From: Candidatus Melainabacteria bacterium 17Bon1m | Lineage (GTDB): Bacteria > Cyanobacteriota > Vampirovibrionia > Obscuribacterales > Obscuribacteraceae | Direction of reading: 5' to 3' | DNA: 64,000 nucleotides | NCBI GenBank assembly: GCA_032128875.1 | Contig: JAVLKG010000012.1 | Location: forward strand, 32,001 to 96,000 | Shown here: in pieces, positions 47,391 through 57,712 of the stretch | How the letters are laid out: the number at the start of each line of letters is the position of its first letter | How positions within the stretch are numbered: position 1 is the first letter of the stretch | Notes under the pieces: model-generated | The model's input: the letters and a program-made list of their open reading frames with translations, nothing else | Told to the model about the DNA's origin: nothing | The model's database searches: none | Translations under genes and position numbers: made by a program

Positions 47391-49571
47391 GTGCCGGAAA
47401 ACGACAAGAGCAAATTCGATAAACCCAATAGAATGGACACACCGGTTGCCTCCGAAGGCGTCGCCGGTGGTGCCGGAAATGCTGCCGGTGCAGGCCAAGG
47501 GAAGAAGATTGATCCGGCGTTTGTAAGAGATAATTTCTTCTCGTTGTCGTCACTGGACGAGATTGACGATGAAGATGACGATAACGATGATCTCGAAGAG
47601 CTGTCAGAGTTTACGCGGCAATTCGTCGGTTCCATAATTCAAAATCGTTATGAGGTAGAAGAACCGATCGGACGGGGCGGTATGAGTTCCGTCTACAGAG
47701 CGCGCGACATGACTACTGGTCAGCAGGTCGCTTTCAAAGTTATGCATGCGCACTTGCTGGATAACCCTGCCAACGTTCGTCGTTTTCGCCGAGAAGCTCA
47801 GGCCGCCAACAAAGTCCGCCACCCGCATGCCGTGCAAATTTTTGACGTTGGTGTCACACCTAACGGCAGTCCCTACATCATTATGGATTTCCTCGATGGT
47901 CCATCATTGTCCGATGTGATTGCGCAGAACGGTAAATTACCTGTAGAGCGGTGTTTGAAGATCTTTATTCAAGCTTGTGAAGGCATGGCTCATGTGCACG
48001 AACTTGGCGTTTTGCATCGAGATTTGAAGCCAAGTAATATTGTTCTTGTGAAAGAAGGCGACGATGTCGACTATGTGAAGGTAGTGGACTTCGGAATTGC
48101 CCGGGTTTTAGCTGAAGAAGCACGCAGCACTCTCAGTAAAACACCCACCGGACACGCATTGGGAAGTCCACCGTATATGAGCCCTGAGCAATGCCGTGGC
48201 CTCAGCGTCGATAAGCGCGCAGACATTTATTCTATGGGTTGTCTCATGTACGAGGCTCTGACTGGGAGAGTTCCGCTTGAAGGTGAGACGATCGTCGAGA
48301 CGATGTACAAGCAAGTGCATGAACTGCCGAAAAGTGTTGACGGGGTAGATGCCGATGTTCGGCTTGTTGAACGCCTCGAGAAAATCTTGTTCAAAGCACT
48401 CAGTAAAGATCCGAATAATCGACAACAGTCGATGGATGAACTGAAGGCTGAATTGGAAGCGCTTCAGACCAAGGAAGCGAAAGGACTTAAATCTGTTGCG
48501 CTGGCTTCGCGTGAAATGCATGAAGTACGCCGTCGCATTTTCAATGTCCTTGGATCATCGAAGAAGCTCGTGATCAGTCTTATTTGTGTGGTCATACTGG
48601 TTGTCGGGGCCGGTATTGCGATGTACTTTCCGCTCTACGGATTGGGGGCTGACCCCAGTGCTGTCGAGCGCGATATTGCGATCGAGCAGCCAAAGTCTTT
48701 GTACGCTGCAAAACCAGCGGAGTTCAAAATCAAGGAAGAGTATTTCCGCACCAGGCGAAAGCTCGCCCATCAGACTAGCGGAGAAAGCAGTCCGCAAGGG
48801 CTGGAAGTCGAGCGCATGATCGCTGAGTTTTACAAACTTGCCGGTCGCTATAACGAAGCTCAACAGCGATACCAAATGTGTTTGCAGATTGCCGGCAACA
48901 TCAATTTGGCGGGTTCGTTGGACGCAGCGGAGTTGTGGATCGAATGCGGCAAATGCTGCATTCTCAATGGCAAACCAGGATTAGCGCAAATTTGCGCCAG
49001 CAATGCTTTGCATGTATTAGAGCAACTATCAAAACTTGGCGGGCAAGACCATTTGCGTGCGTTGGCAATTACGGTTGATGCTTATCGCGGTCAGAAATTG
49101 TATGCGAAGGCTGACGATGCTGCTCTTCAATTCATCAAGGTCTGGAAGGAGAGTGGGCAAAGCAGCATCTTGAGCAGTGAAATGGGTTATCCGTGTTACA
49201 CAGTGGCTGAGCACTTGAGGCAACGAAATTACCTCGACATGGCCGACCCTTTGTTCAAGCAAGCTGCGGCGTGCTTCAGAGAGCAGGGTGATAAAGGACG
49301 CTACAACTATGCGATTTGTCTGAATCAATTGGGTTTGATCGAAATGGCTCGCGGCAAGCCTGCGCAGGCGAGAAAGTACTTTGATAAAGCCATAGTATTT
49401 TTCAAGAAGGCGAAAGGAAAAGAAGATATTTCCGTAGCCAAGGTCCTTTTTAATCTCAAGGACGCCGAGATGAAAATGGGCGATATTTTCGATGCGGTTG
49501 CCAATCGCGCCACGGCCAAGCGAATTTGGAATGACTGGGAGCAGAACACCCACGAGCCCGGTTTGCCCTAG
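47391..49571 (+). CDS. Membrane Ser/Thr protein kinase with C-terminal TPR region
   Basis: IGRGGMSSVY, VAFK, HRDLKPSN, DFG, GSPPYMSPEQ; TM helix; TPRs. Confidence 0.93.
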   Translation: MPENDKSKFDKPNRMDTPVASEGVAGGAGNAAGAGQGKKIDPAFVRDNFFSLSSLDEIDDEDDDNDDLEELSEFTRQFVGSIIQNRYEVEEPIGRGGMSSVYRARDMTTGQQVAFKVMHAHLLDNPANVRRFRREAQAANKVRHPHAVQIFDVGVTPNGSPYIIMDFLDGPSLSDVIAQNGKLPVERCLKIFIQACEGMAHVHELGVLHRDLKPSNIVLVKEGDDVDYVKVVDFGIARVLAEEARSTLSKTPTGHALGSPPYMSPEQCRGLSVDKRADIYSMGCLMYEALTGRVPLEGETIVETMYKQVHELPKSVDGVDADVRLVERLEKILFKALSKDPNNRQQSMDELKAELEALQTKEAKGLKSVALASREMHEVRRRIFNVLGSSKKLVISLICVVILVVGAGIAMYFPLYGLGADPSAVERDIAIEQPKSLYAAKPAEFKIKEEYFRTRRKLAHQTSGESSPQGLEVERMIAEFYKLAGRYNEAQQRYQMCLQIAGNINLAGSLDAAELWIECGKCCILNGKPGLAQICASNALHVLEQLSKLGGQDHLRALAITVDAYRGQKLYAKADDAALQFIKVWKESGQSSILSSEMGYPCYTVAEHLRQRNYLDMADPLFKQAAACFREQGDKGRYNYAICLNQLGLIEMARGKPAQARKYFDKAIVFFKKAKGKEDISVAKVLFNLKDAEMKMGDIFDAVANRATAKRIWNDWEQNTHEPGLP

Positions 49572-49690
49572 CCCCTGACATCCGGATTAATTCAGCCAGA
49601 ACCCGTGTGAATACAACACAAATGGGTGATCTTCCGAATCAAGCAGTCTACAATTAGGACCTCGTTAGTTATCTAGGTGGTTATCAAGCG

Positions 49691-50149
49691 ATGAGTGAAG
49701 CAGAAGGCGCCTCCGCAACGTGCGCTACATTTCTTGAGATGCTCAAGACACTTCCCTGGTGCAAACAAGGGACGGATGTTCTGGTGGCAGTTCATAAAAT
49801 CACACCGGAAATCATTGAAGTCATAAAAGACTTAGGCGCCAACGTTTACCCGGGCGGTATTCACGTAAAATTGAATAAGTCGTTTTTGCACGATCTGCAG
49901 AATAAGTTTGATGATGGGCAGCCACTGCCAGCGGTGCTTGTCTGGAAGCCGCAAAATGTCGAGATTTGGTACAGACGTCAGAACTCGAGTGATTTCCCTT
50001 ACGATGCCTGGCAAAATCCGCAAGGCGCATCGCAGGAGAGAGAATGCGTTCTCGTATCTGTAGATACACTCGGAGACGGCGCTGCTGCTTCGCAATCTGA
50101 AATTGTAGGGAAGGCAAAAGAATGCCCTTCCATGATTCCTCCACAGTGA
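49691..50149 (+). CDS. Hypothetical protein
   Basis: 152-aa ORF filling the gap between co-oriented genes; AGGTGG upstream; no motif recognised. Confidence 0.6.
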   Translation: MSEAEGASATCATFLEMLKTLPWCKQGTDVLVAVHKITPEIIEVIKDLGANVYPGGIHVKLNKSFLHDLQNKFDDGQPLPAVLVWKPQNVEIWYRRQNSSDFPYDAWQNPQGASQERECVLVSVDTLGDGAAASQSEIVGKAKECPSMIPPQ

Positions 50150-50157
50150 AGACAACA

Positions 50158-51078
50158 ATGAAAGACAAGTTCAATCGCCGTCGCGGTTTTGCAAACGGCA
50201 TCAATTTCGCTATGGCTCTTAGCTTATTTTGTGGAACACTTTCGGTGAGTGCGGCAGCGCCAGAGCCGACGTGGGAAAGTTTGCACAGGCACGGTAAAGA
50301 CAATTTCGAAAGAGGCAATTACGAATCAGCGCTCAAGGATTTCAAACAAGCGCTGGATCTCTCTGAGAAATTCCCTGAAAATGATCCGCGCCGTGGCAAA
50401 ACACTCAATAATCTTGCCACCACTTACGATTATCTCGGTAAGTACAGCGAAGCATGCACATCGGCAGAGCTCTCCGTTAAATACGGAGAGAAGATAATGC
50501 CGGCGGAAGATCCGACATTGATGAGACGTTTGGATTTTCTCGCTACTCTTTATTTGAAAACCAATAAATTTGAGAAGAGTCAGGAAGCGTCGGAGCGTTA
50601 TCTAAAGTACGTCGAAAAGACAAAAAGCAAAGACGACAAAGAGTGCGCTCGTGTTTTGGATAACATTGTTGTAGCGCTTCATGCGCTTAAGAAGAGTGCC
50701 GAAGCTGAGCCTTATTCCAAACGCGCCTTGTTGATTTGGGAGCGCACCACTAGCGAAGAGAGCAAATCTGTTGCGAAGGAGCTTAGCGTGCTGGCCGGTC
50801 TGCAATTAGATCAAAAGAAGTACGCGGAAGCCGAAGCGTCTAGTCGTCGTGCACTTTCACTGTTTGAAAAACACTACGGCAAGAAAGATCAAAACACTGC
50901 CGTAGCTCAGGCATCGTTGGCGGAGATTTTGGCAAAACAAGACAACGCCGCGAAGAAGACAGAAGCAGATGCGTTGTTCAAACAATCGATTGCTACTCTG
51001 AAACGTGGAAAGGGCGAGCAATCATTGAAAGTCACCGAGAGCGTGACGAAGGTCTATAAAGACCTGCTCCCTAACTAG
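50158..51078 (+). CDS. Secreted TPR protein (kinesin-light-chain-type)
   Basis: Signal-peptide-like segment; DPRRGKTLNNLATTYDYLGKYSEA-type repeats. Confidence 0.85.
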   Translation: MKDKFNRRRGFANGINFAMALSLFCGTLSVSAAAPEPTWESLHRHGKDNFERGNYESALKDFKQALDLSEKFPENDPRRGKTLNNLATTYDYLGKYSEACTSAELSVKYGEKIMPAEDPTLMRRLDFLATLYLKTNKFEKSQEASERYLKYVEKTKSKDDKECARVLDNIVVALHALKKSAEAEPYSKRALLIWERTTSEESKSVAKELSVLAGLQLDQKKYAEAEASSRRALSLFEKHYGKKDQNTAVAQASLAEILAKQDNAAKKTEADALFKQSIATLKRGKGEQSLKVTESVTKVYKDLLPN

Positions 51079-51081
51079 TAG

Positions 51082-51198
51082 AGCGTGGGTGCGCGTTGCA
51101 CGCGCTCAAGCTTTTGTACTGTCGCAGGTATGCGACCAAATTTTTGTAGGGGCGGCATACATGCCGCCCTGCCAGGGAGCCGCATGCGGGTCCCTTAC
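51082..51198. repeat. Second cluster of REP-like palindromes, same family as 8072-8288
   Basis: AGCGTGGGTGCGCGTTGCACGCGCTC; GTCGCA-GGTA-TGCGAC; GTAGGGGCGGCAT-AC-ATGCCGCCC; AGGGAGCCGCATGCGGGTCCCTTAC. Confidence 0.85.
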
Positions 51199-51944
51199 GT
51201 TTCTGGGACATCAAACACACTTTCATCGATGTCCTGATCGAACAGCACGTTCGAATAAACACGGCGTGAATGTCTAAGTACATCGAATGATCCATTCTTC
51301 ACAATTTCAGCGATACTCGGATATGCTTGCCGCGCTCGTTTGATTGTTTCTCTTACTTCCGGCACCGCTATGACTGTTTCGTGCAATTCCAGAAACTCAT
51401 CCTTGCTCATCGTCGATTTTACTTCGACATCATGAACCGCTAAATCTGCCCTGAACCAAACATCAGTTGTTTCGCAGTCATTCGTTCTGCGAATGTGTGC
51501 CTTTGAATTTACCTCTTTGATATAGAAGCAATTTGAATCGAAGAAATTAGTGGCACAACTGTCTCGCATTTCTTTCTCTAAAAGAGTTGGAACCGCAAGG
51601 ACAAATCCATCGCTCGTCCAGTTTGAAACTGCGCAAATCTTCGCTAACGCATTACTTAAGGAATGACATTCCATCGCAGGATCGCCAGCTCCTTCCCGAA
51701 AAGCAAATACCTTCCCGTCATTGAAGGATATGCAAATAGGTAATCCACTTTGATCCTCGCTGAACCATATGTAAATGCTAAGACGTGATGGACGCAAATA
51801 AAAGGTGCTGAATGAATTGTGCGTTTTAATAACTCGTTCGCCAACAGTCGTGGTTATTTGAATCAGCCCTGAATCCTGATACGAATCGCAATGACGATAT
51901 TTGTTGGATAACATTTCCAAGAAATCTGCGGTCTTCTTGTCCAT
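51195..51944 (-). CDS. Hypothetical protein, LolA/DUF2092-like fold suspected
   Basis: YRHCDSYQDSG...FYLRPSRL N-terminus and FDQDIDESVF C-terminus resemble LolA-like proteins; no signal peptide seen. Confidence 0.5.
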   Translation of the reverse strand: MDKKTADFLEMLSNKYRHCDSYQDSGLIQITTTVGERVIKTHNSFSTFYLRPSRLSIYIWFSEDQSGLPICISFNDGKVFAFREGAGDPAMECHSLSNALAKICAVSNWTSDGFVLAVPTLLEKEMRDSCATNFFDSNCFYIKEVNSKAHIRRTNDCETTDVWFRADLAVHDVEVKSTMSKDEFLELHETVIAVPEVRETIKRARQAYPSIAEIVKNGSFDVLRHSRRVYSNVLFDQDIDESVFDVPET

Positions 51945-52023
51945 GTGTTCCCCGTCGTCTTGCTGCTTTTGTTGTTCTATTTCTCTGCTTCTAATGCGTG
52001 CTCTAAAACGCTATCCGCGAAAC

Positions 52024-53646
52024 TCAGCGTTTCGCCCTTATATCCGCCGCCTTGCTGGCGAGTATTCCCGCCATCTCGTCGCCGTCTGCTTCCTTCAACT
52101 CTTCCGCCCAGTCTTCTAAGACAAAAGCTAGAAAGATACTTTCTGCTCCTGTTTCTTCTTCGAGTTCCGCAACTGCAATCGCAATAAGTTCTCTCGCCTC
52201 TTCCATTCTTCCAAGGTGCTTGTTTGCAAGTGCAAGGCGGTAGTACGCAGAAGCATTGTAGTCGCGCATTCCGTCAAGAGCAGCGTTCTCTATGCGCCCT
52301 TGCAGATGTGACACCAAGCTCTCGCCATGATCTCTTCTTCCTATTCTTACTAAGATAGGCACGAGGCGTGCTAAAAGCAAGCAATCTATTTCGTCTTTTC
52401 TGTCGAGTTCGATCAATCTGTCGCAGATTTTTGAAGCTTCACTGCCTTGCCCGGTTTCACTGCATATGGTGGCAAGGGTAATGGCGCTTTGAAGTGTGTA
52501 AAGTGCTGTTTCACCACAGTAACGGTCTGCCATTTTTACGACCCAGCGTGAATACTCTTCTGCATCTTTCCACTTGCGCTGTTTGCAAAGCAGCTCTGCA
52601 AGTTGTTGTCCGTGGCTTATAGCAAGCATCTCATAACCATAAGTAGACTCTCCGCCGAACGTGTTGTCTACTACGGATTTGTAGTTTTGAAACAGCAATC
52701 GATCTAATGCTTCGACGCGCCCATACACGCCTGTGCGCTGCGCGAGTCTGGCGTATTCGGCTCGCACCAAACTTATGGAAAGAGGTGGCACCGCGGCTTC
52801 GCAAGCGTCCATTGCTTGAGCCAACAGTTCTTCGGCCAATTCGTAATTTTGATGCACGACGGTTTGCAGTCGAGAGAGGCGTACCAGTGCTTCCGCCGTA
52901 TAGCGCGCGCAAGCCTGCGGACGATTAGTGGCGAGTTCTATCGCCTGATCGTAGGCGTCTTCGGCTTCTTCGAACTGCTCTTTTCCAAAATAGTGCTTGC
53001 CTAATGACGATGCCGCATCGACAGCTTGTTGGCAGCACTCAGGATCGTCTTTCAAAATCGGCAACGCGCGCTCAATCAAAACGGCGGCCTCATCGTCATC
53101 GGTGTAGCTCATACACATATTGCCGAGCGAGAGGAGCGTGCGTCCAAGTAAAGAAGGGTCGGTGGGTGGATTGGTTTCCAAATGCTCCAGCAAATCGCGC
53201 AGTAAGCTTTCCGCTTCGTCTTGCCTGCCGTGCATGCCATAAAGGTGTGCAAGTTGCTCGATTGCCAGTGCAGCGCGTTCGTCCCTAACTTCGCGGTACA
53301 CCAAAATTGCTTGTTTGAGGTTCTTTTCCGCCTCGTCGAGCGCGTAAATGGTACCTAGCCTGCCAATCTGCGTGAGAATCGTGGCTACTTCGTGATGAAC
53401 AGGTCCGTATGCGTTCTTTGCAATGCCCAGGGCACGGTCCAGCTCGTCGAGCGCTTCGCCGGCCCGCCCCAGATTGGCAAGGACTTCGGCGTGCTTGCAC
53501 AGGGACTCGCATAGGCGAGTGTTGTTGTAGCCGAAGCGCTCGGCCTCGGCTAGAGCTGTTGCCAGGTGCTTCTCAGCAGCCTGCCAATTCTCGAGTTCAC
53601 ACTCTTTGCTGGCAGCTTCGATGCACTGCTGCCACTTCTGAAACAC
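52024..53646 (-). CDS. Cytoplasmic TPR protein
   Basis: GEALDELDRALGIAKNAYGPVHHEVATILTQIG-type repeats throughout. Confidence 0.85.
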   Translation of the reverse strand: MFQKWQQCIEAASKECELENWQAAEKHLATALAEAERFGYNNTRLCESLCKHAEVLANLGRAGEALDELDRALGIAKNAYGPVHHEVATILTQIGRLGTIYALDEAEKNLKQAILVYREVRDERAALAIEQLAHLYGMHGRQDEAESLLRDLLEHLETNPPTDPSLLGRTLLSLGNMCMSYTDDDEAAVLIERALPILKDDPECCQQAVDAASSLGKHYFGKEQFEEAEDAYDQAIELATNRPQACARYTAEALVRLSRLQTVVHQNYELAEELLAQAMDACEAAVPPLSISLVRAEYARLAQRTGVYGRVEALDRLLFQNYKSVVDNTFGGESTYGYEMLAISHGQQLAELLCKQRKWKDAEEYSRWVVKMADRYCGETALYTLQSAITLATICSETGQGSEASKICDRLIELDRKDEIDCLLLARLVPILVRIGRRDHGESLVSHLQGRIENAALDGMRDYNASAYYRLALANKHLGRMEEARELIAIAVAELEEETGAESIFLAFVLEDWAEELKEADGDEMAGILASKAADIRAKR

Positions 53647-53765
53647 TAATATAAGTTCCTATTTGGTACTTATTAGGCCTAAATAGTCTTTCTGTTAGGC
53701 TAACTAATTTACTTCCACATGCATGAAGGATTTAACCTCCGGCATGGGCGCTGTATAATCGAATT

Positions 53766-54155
53766 GTGAATGTAATTGACCCCGTGGGGCTGGTATACAA
53801 GGCAATTGGTTCCGACGAGCCGTTTTACAGGCTGGTCGAACATTTTTACGAAGGGGTTGAGAAAGACCCCATTTTGCGACCGCTTTATCCCGAAGACCTT
53901 GCGCCTGGTAAAGAACATTTAGCGTTGTTTCTCATTCAGCGCACCGGTGGACGCCAGACTTACAGCGAACAGCGCGGTCATCCACGAATGCGCCAGAGGC
54001 ACATGCCCTTCAAAATTGGGCAGAAAGAACGTGATGCCTGGATTAAAAATATGAATGCAGCACTAGATGCGGTGCCGGAATTTTCAACGCATACTCAAAC
54101 TATGCGCGAGTTTTTCGATAGCTTTGCGACGTTCATGATCAATCAAGCCGAGTAA
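53766..54155 (+). CDS. glbO: Group II truncated hemoglobin
   Basis: LVEHFYEGV, LRPLYP, GG..TYSEQRGHPRMRQRHMPF, RDAW. Confidence 0.88.
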   Translation: MNVIDPVGLVYKAIGSDEPFYRLVEHFYEGVEKDPILRPLYPEDLAPGKEHLALFLIQRTGGRQTYSEQRGHPRMRQRHMPFKIGQKERDAWIKNMNAALDAVPEFSTHTQTMREFFDSFATFMINQAE

Positions 54156-54198
54156 AAATTCAGGCTTAAAATTGAGTCGTAAAATTCAATCCTGAAAA

Positions 54199-55404
54199 TT
54201 AGTCTACTTTGCTAATCATGAGGCTTTCTCTGAACTTTTGCGCAGATGCAAGAGCTTCGTCTCCCGTCTGATTTTGCGCGACGAAATGACCCATCTTTCG
54301 TTTCTCTCGGGCTTCGTGTTTTCCATAGAGAACCACATCAATGACTTCAGGAAAGGCTTCGAGGGCTTGTAGATTGAGTGGTTTTTGACCGTTGGTGCCT
54401 TGGGCTAGATAGACGTCACCGAGCAAGTTGCCCATGCAATAAGAGCCGACATCGACGCCTTTCGGATGCGCCAGGGGAATGTTGAGTAAAACTCTCGCCA
54501 GATTGTCGAATTGGCTGACGCTTGATGCCACCCGGGTAACGTGTCCGGAGTTGTGCGGGCGAGGCGCCATTTCGTTGATGTAGATAGTCCATTCGCCGAC
54601 TGTGATGCCGGAGGAATTTGGAGAACGTCGTTTTGCAAGGAAAAACTCAATACACAGCAGTCCGTTCACATCCATTCGCTTTGCGGTCGCTAGTGCAATG
54701 TCCTGCAGCTTGTCTGCAACCTCCAGCGGCAAGCGCGCGGGAAATACTGTGAAATCTAGAATGTGATTCTTGTGGAGGTTCTCGAAAACGGGATAGACAT
54801 AATCTTTGTTTGCTGGGTTGCGAACAACAATGCAGCTCACTTCCATCGCAATGTTGATCACTGCTTCGACAACAAAACCACTTCCTTCGTGCTTCAGAAG
54901 GTCCGTGTCATCAAGTAGAGTCTCTAGTTCCGACGTATTGTTAATGAGCCATTGCCCTTTGCCATCATAACCACCGCGTGCGGTTTTGATAATAAAAGGC
55001 AGTTGAAATGCGCGTGCTTCCTGCTCGAGCTCTTTGACTGTTTTTGCAGTAGCGAAGTGTGCGTGAGGGAGGTTGTTTTCTTTTAGAAACTGCTTTTCCT
55101 GAATGCGGTCTTGGCAGATGGCCAGGACTTTCACACTAGGCAAAATTGGCTTTACTTTCGCCAGCGAATAGAGTGGTGCACTTTCAACATTCTCAAACTC
55201 GTATGTGACCACATCGCAGTGTTCGAAAAATTCTCTTAAGTGATATGCGTCGGTAAAGGATTTGGTAAAGGAACGGGCCGCCAGTCTGTGTGCGGGAGCA
55301 TTAACATCAGGATCATAAACCGCGACAGTGCCACCGTATCGGTAGATGCTTTCTGCAAGAAGCATCCCTAGTTGACCACCACCAAGAATACCTACTGTCG
55401 CCAT
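54199..55404 (-). CDS. purK: N5-carboxyaminoimidazole ribonucleotide synthase
   Basis: GILGGGQLG, TYEFENV, GGYDGKGQ, NEMAPRPHNSGH, RKMGH. Confidence 0.96.
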   Translation of the reverse strand: MATVGILGGGQLGMLLAESIYRYGGTVAVYDPDVNAPAHRLAARSFTKSFTDAYHLREFFEHCDVVTYEFENVESAPLYSLAKVKPILPSVKVLAICQDRIQEKQFLKENNLPHAHFATAKTVKELEQEARAFQLPFIIKTARGGYDGKGQWLINNTSELETLLDDTDLLKHEGSGFVVEAVINIAMEVSCIVVRNPANKDYVYPVFENLHKNHILDFTVFPARLPLEVADKLQDIALATAKRMDVNGLLCIEFFLAKRRSPNSSGITVGEWTIYINEMAPRPHNSGHVTRVASSVSQFDNLARVLLNIPLAHPKGVDVGSYCMGNLLGDVYLAQGTNGQKPLNLQALEAFPEVIDVVLYGKHEAREKRKMGHFVAQNQTGDEALASAQKFRESLMISKVD

Positions 55405-55490
55405 TTGTATTGTCTTTTCTGCCTCGTTTTACTCGTTCGAATTGAGTCCCTGGAGCTCAAACCGGGCCATGCATGGCATTGCCCTTATGC

Positions 55491-56000
55491 TTACTTAGTC
55501 GTCAACCTTTCTTTCACTACGACGTCACCAGCGCGGGCTTCGTCGGCGAGTTTTTCTCTGTATTTCTTCATTGCGGCGAGAAGCTTTTCGTCTTCAAGCG
55601 CGAGAATTTGAATGGCGAAAAGCGCAGCGTTGACGGCGCCCGCTTGTCCGATTGCGAATGTAGCGGTCGGAATACCGGAGGGCATTTGGACAATTGAAAG
55701 CAAGCTGTCGACGCCCTTAAGCACGCGTGATTCCATGGGCACACCAAGCACCGGTAGCGGTGTCAAAGCTGAAACCATACCGGGTAAATGAGCGGCACCG
55801 CCCGCTCCGGCGATGATTACTTTCAACCCCCGCTCTTCAGCAGTGGTCGCATAGTCGAACATCTCCTTGGGCATGCGGTGCGCGCTCTTGACCGAGATTT
55901 CATAAGGGACATCGAAATCAATCAGCACTTGCTCGCCGTGTTTGAAAGTCTCGTAATCGGACTTGCTTCCCATTACGATGCCGACGACAGGCTTTTTCAT
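55491..56000 (-). CDS. purE: N5-CAIR mutase
   Basis: [32 protein letters not shown]. Confidence 0.97.
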   Translation of the reverse strand: MKKPVVGIVMGSKSDYETFKHGEQVLIDFDVPYEISVKSAHRMPKEMFDYATTAEERGLKVIIAGAGGAAHLPGMVSALTPLPVLGVPMESRVLKGVDSLLSIVQMPSGIPTATFAIGQAGAVNAALFAIQILALEDEKLLAAMKKYREKLADEARAGDVVVKERLTTK

Positions 56001-56109
56001 TTCGTGTCCCTCTTATCTCGCATTTGTTTTGTGCATTTCGTATCTCGCTGTTCGCAGCAAGTCACTAATTGAAAGCTTTTAGTGATTGCAGAAACTAACA
56101 CCGAAATAT

Positions 56110-57708
56110 CTAGTGCTTGAAGCAGCGTTGTCCTGTGAAGAGCATCGTGATGCCTGCTTTTTCGCAGGCTTCGATGACCTCTTTGTCTTTGATGCTGCCT
56201 CCCGGCTGCACAATCAACTTGATACCGGCTTCCTTGCAAGCGTCAATGTTGTCTGTTGCCGGAAAGAATGCATCGCTGGCGAGGACCGCACCGCGTGCCG
56301 CTTCACCTGCTTGTTCCAGAGCGATTTTTACTGACGCGATACGGCTTGTTTGACCAATACCGAAGCCCAGCGATTTCCCATCTTTAGCAATGAAGATTGC
56401 GTTTGATGTGAGGTGTTTTACGACCGACCATGCGAATTGTGCATCGCCAAGCAGTTGGTCTTCGCCTTTGCCGGAGACCTTTTGGAACTTCTCACCGGTG
56501 ACCGGCGGTTCTGTATCCTTTTCGATAATCCAGCCGAAATCTTGCAGGTATTTTGCGGTCCAAGCATCGTGCGCTTGGGGTGAAAGCACGTTTGGCTTAA
56601 ACTTCAGCACGCGAATGTTTTTCTTTGTGGAAAGAACCTTCAACGCGCCTTCTTCGAAATCTGGCGCGGCGACGATTTCTACAAATCCTTCGACGATCTT
56701 GCGCGCCAGGTCTTCGGTCAATTTTGCGGTAAATCCATAGATGCCGCCGAATGCGGAAACCGGATCTGTGGAATAAGCCTTTTCAAACGCTTCATCCAAT
56801 GTTTTGCCGATTGCGACACCGCATGGATTGTTGTGTTTGATAATGCATGCTGCAGGGTTGCCCGCGTCTCTCAAGATGCGAACCAGGCAATAGGTGTCGG
56901 TGATATTGTTGGAAGACATCTCTTTGCCTTGCAATTGCAAGAAAGGAGGAAAGCTCTCTTCCGTTTTTCCGCAAAGAGAATCTGAATACCAGACCGCTGC
57001 TTGATGCGGATTTTCGCCGTATCTGAGCGATTGGAATTGCGAGAGGTTCAAAGTCACTGATGGCGGCAATGCTTCACCTTCCGAGCATGTTTCACCAGCT
57101 TTGGCACCGGCAGTCTTTACGAGCGCTTGTTGCTGTTTGGCAAAGTAGTTAGAAATCTGTCTGTCATATTCTGCTGTGCGAGTAAATGCGGCATAGCAAA
57201 GTTGTTTGCGCAACTCGTCTGTAATTTTGCCTTGGTTGGCTTTCATCGATTCGATGATTGAATCGTATTGCTCTGGTTGGCATGCGATTGCCAGATACTT
57301 GTGATTTTTAGCGGCGGCACGGATAAGCGATGGTCCACCGATGTCGATCTGCTCAACCATTTTTTCAGGAGGCAGACCTTCTGCAAGCTTTTTCTCGAAT
57401 GGATAGAGATTGACGACTACCAAGTCGAGGGGCTGTACGCCGATGTCTTTTAAAACTTTGCCATCCTCTTCTTTATCTCTATAAAGAATGCCGGCGAAAA
57501 CTTTCGGGTGCAGTGTCTTTACGCGCCCGCCGAGAATTTCAGGAAACTGCGTCAGATCCTCGACTTTATTGCAGTCAATTCCAATTTCTTTTATATATGC
57601 GTAGGTGCTGGATGTCGCAATGATATTCAGCTCTCCAAGCTCCTTCAGCTCTTTAAGGAACTTCTCCAACCCTGTTTTGTCGGAAACGCTGATTAGCGCA
57701 TTGACCAT
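56110..57708 (-). CDS. purH: Bifunctional AICAR transformylase / IMP cyclohydrolase
   Basis: ALISVSDKTG, GRVKTLHP, IDIGGP, LRYGENPHQ, KHNNPCG, ASDAFFP. Confidence 0.97.
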   Translation of the reverse strand: MVNALISVSDKTGLEKFLKELKELGELNIIATSSTYAYIKEIGIDCNKVEDLTQFPEILGGRVKTLHPKVFAGILYRDKEEDGKVLKDIGVQPLDLVVVNLYPFEKKLAEGLPPEKMVEQIDIGGPSLIRAAAKNHKYLAIACQPEQYDSIIESMKANQGKITDELRKQLCYAAFTRTAEYDRQISNYFAKQQQALVKTAGAKAGETCSEGEALPPSVTLNLSQFQSLRYGENPHQAAVWYSDSLCGKTEESFPPFLQLQGKEMSSNNITDTYCLVRILRDAGNPAACIIKHNNPCGVAIGKTLDEAFEKAYSTDPVSAFGGIYGFTAKLTEDLARKIVEGFVEIVAAPDFEEGALKVLSTKKNIRVLKFKPNVLSPQAHDAWTAKYLQDFGWIIEKDTEPPVTGEKFQKVSGKGEDQLLGDAQFAWSVVKHLTSNAIFIAKDGKSLGFGIGQTSRIASVKIALEQAGEAARGAVLASDAFFPATDNIDACKEAGIKLIVQPGGSIKDKEVIEACEKAGITMLFTGQRCFKH

Positions 57709-57712
57709 AATT

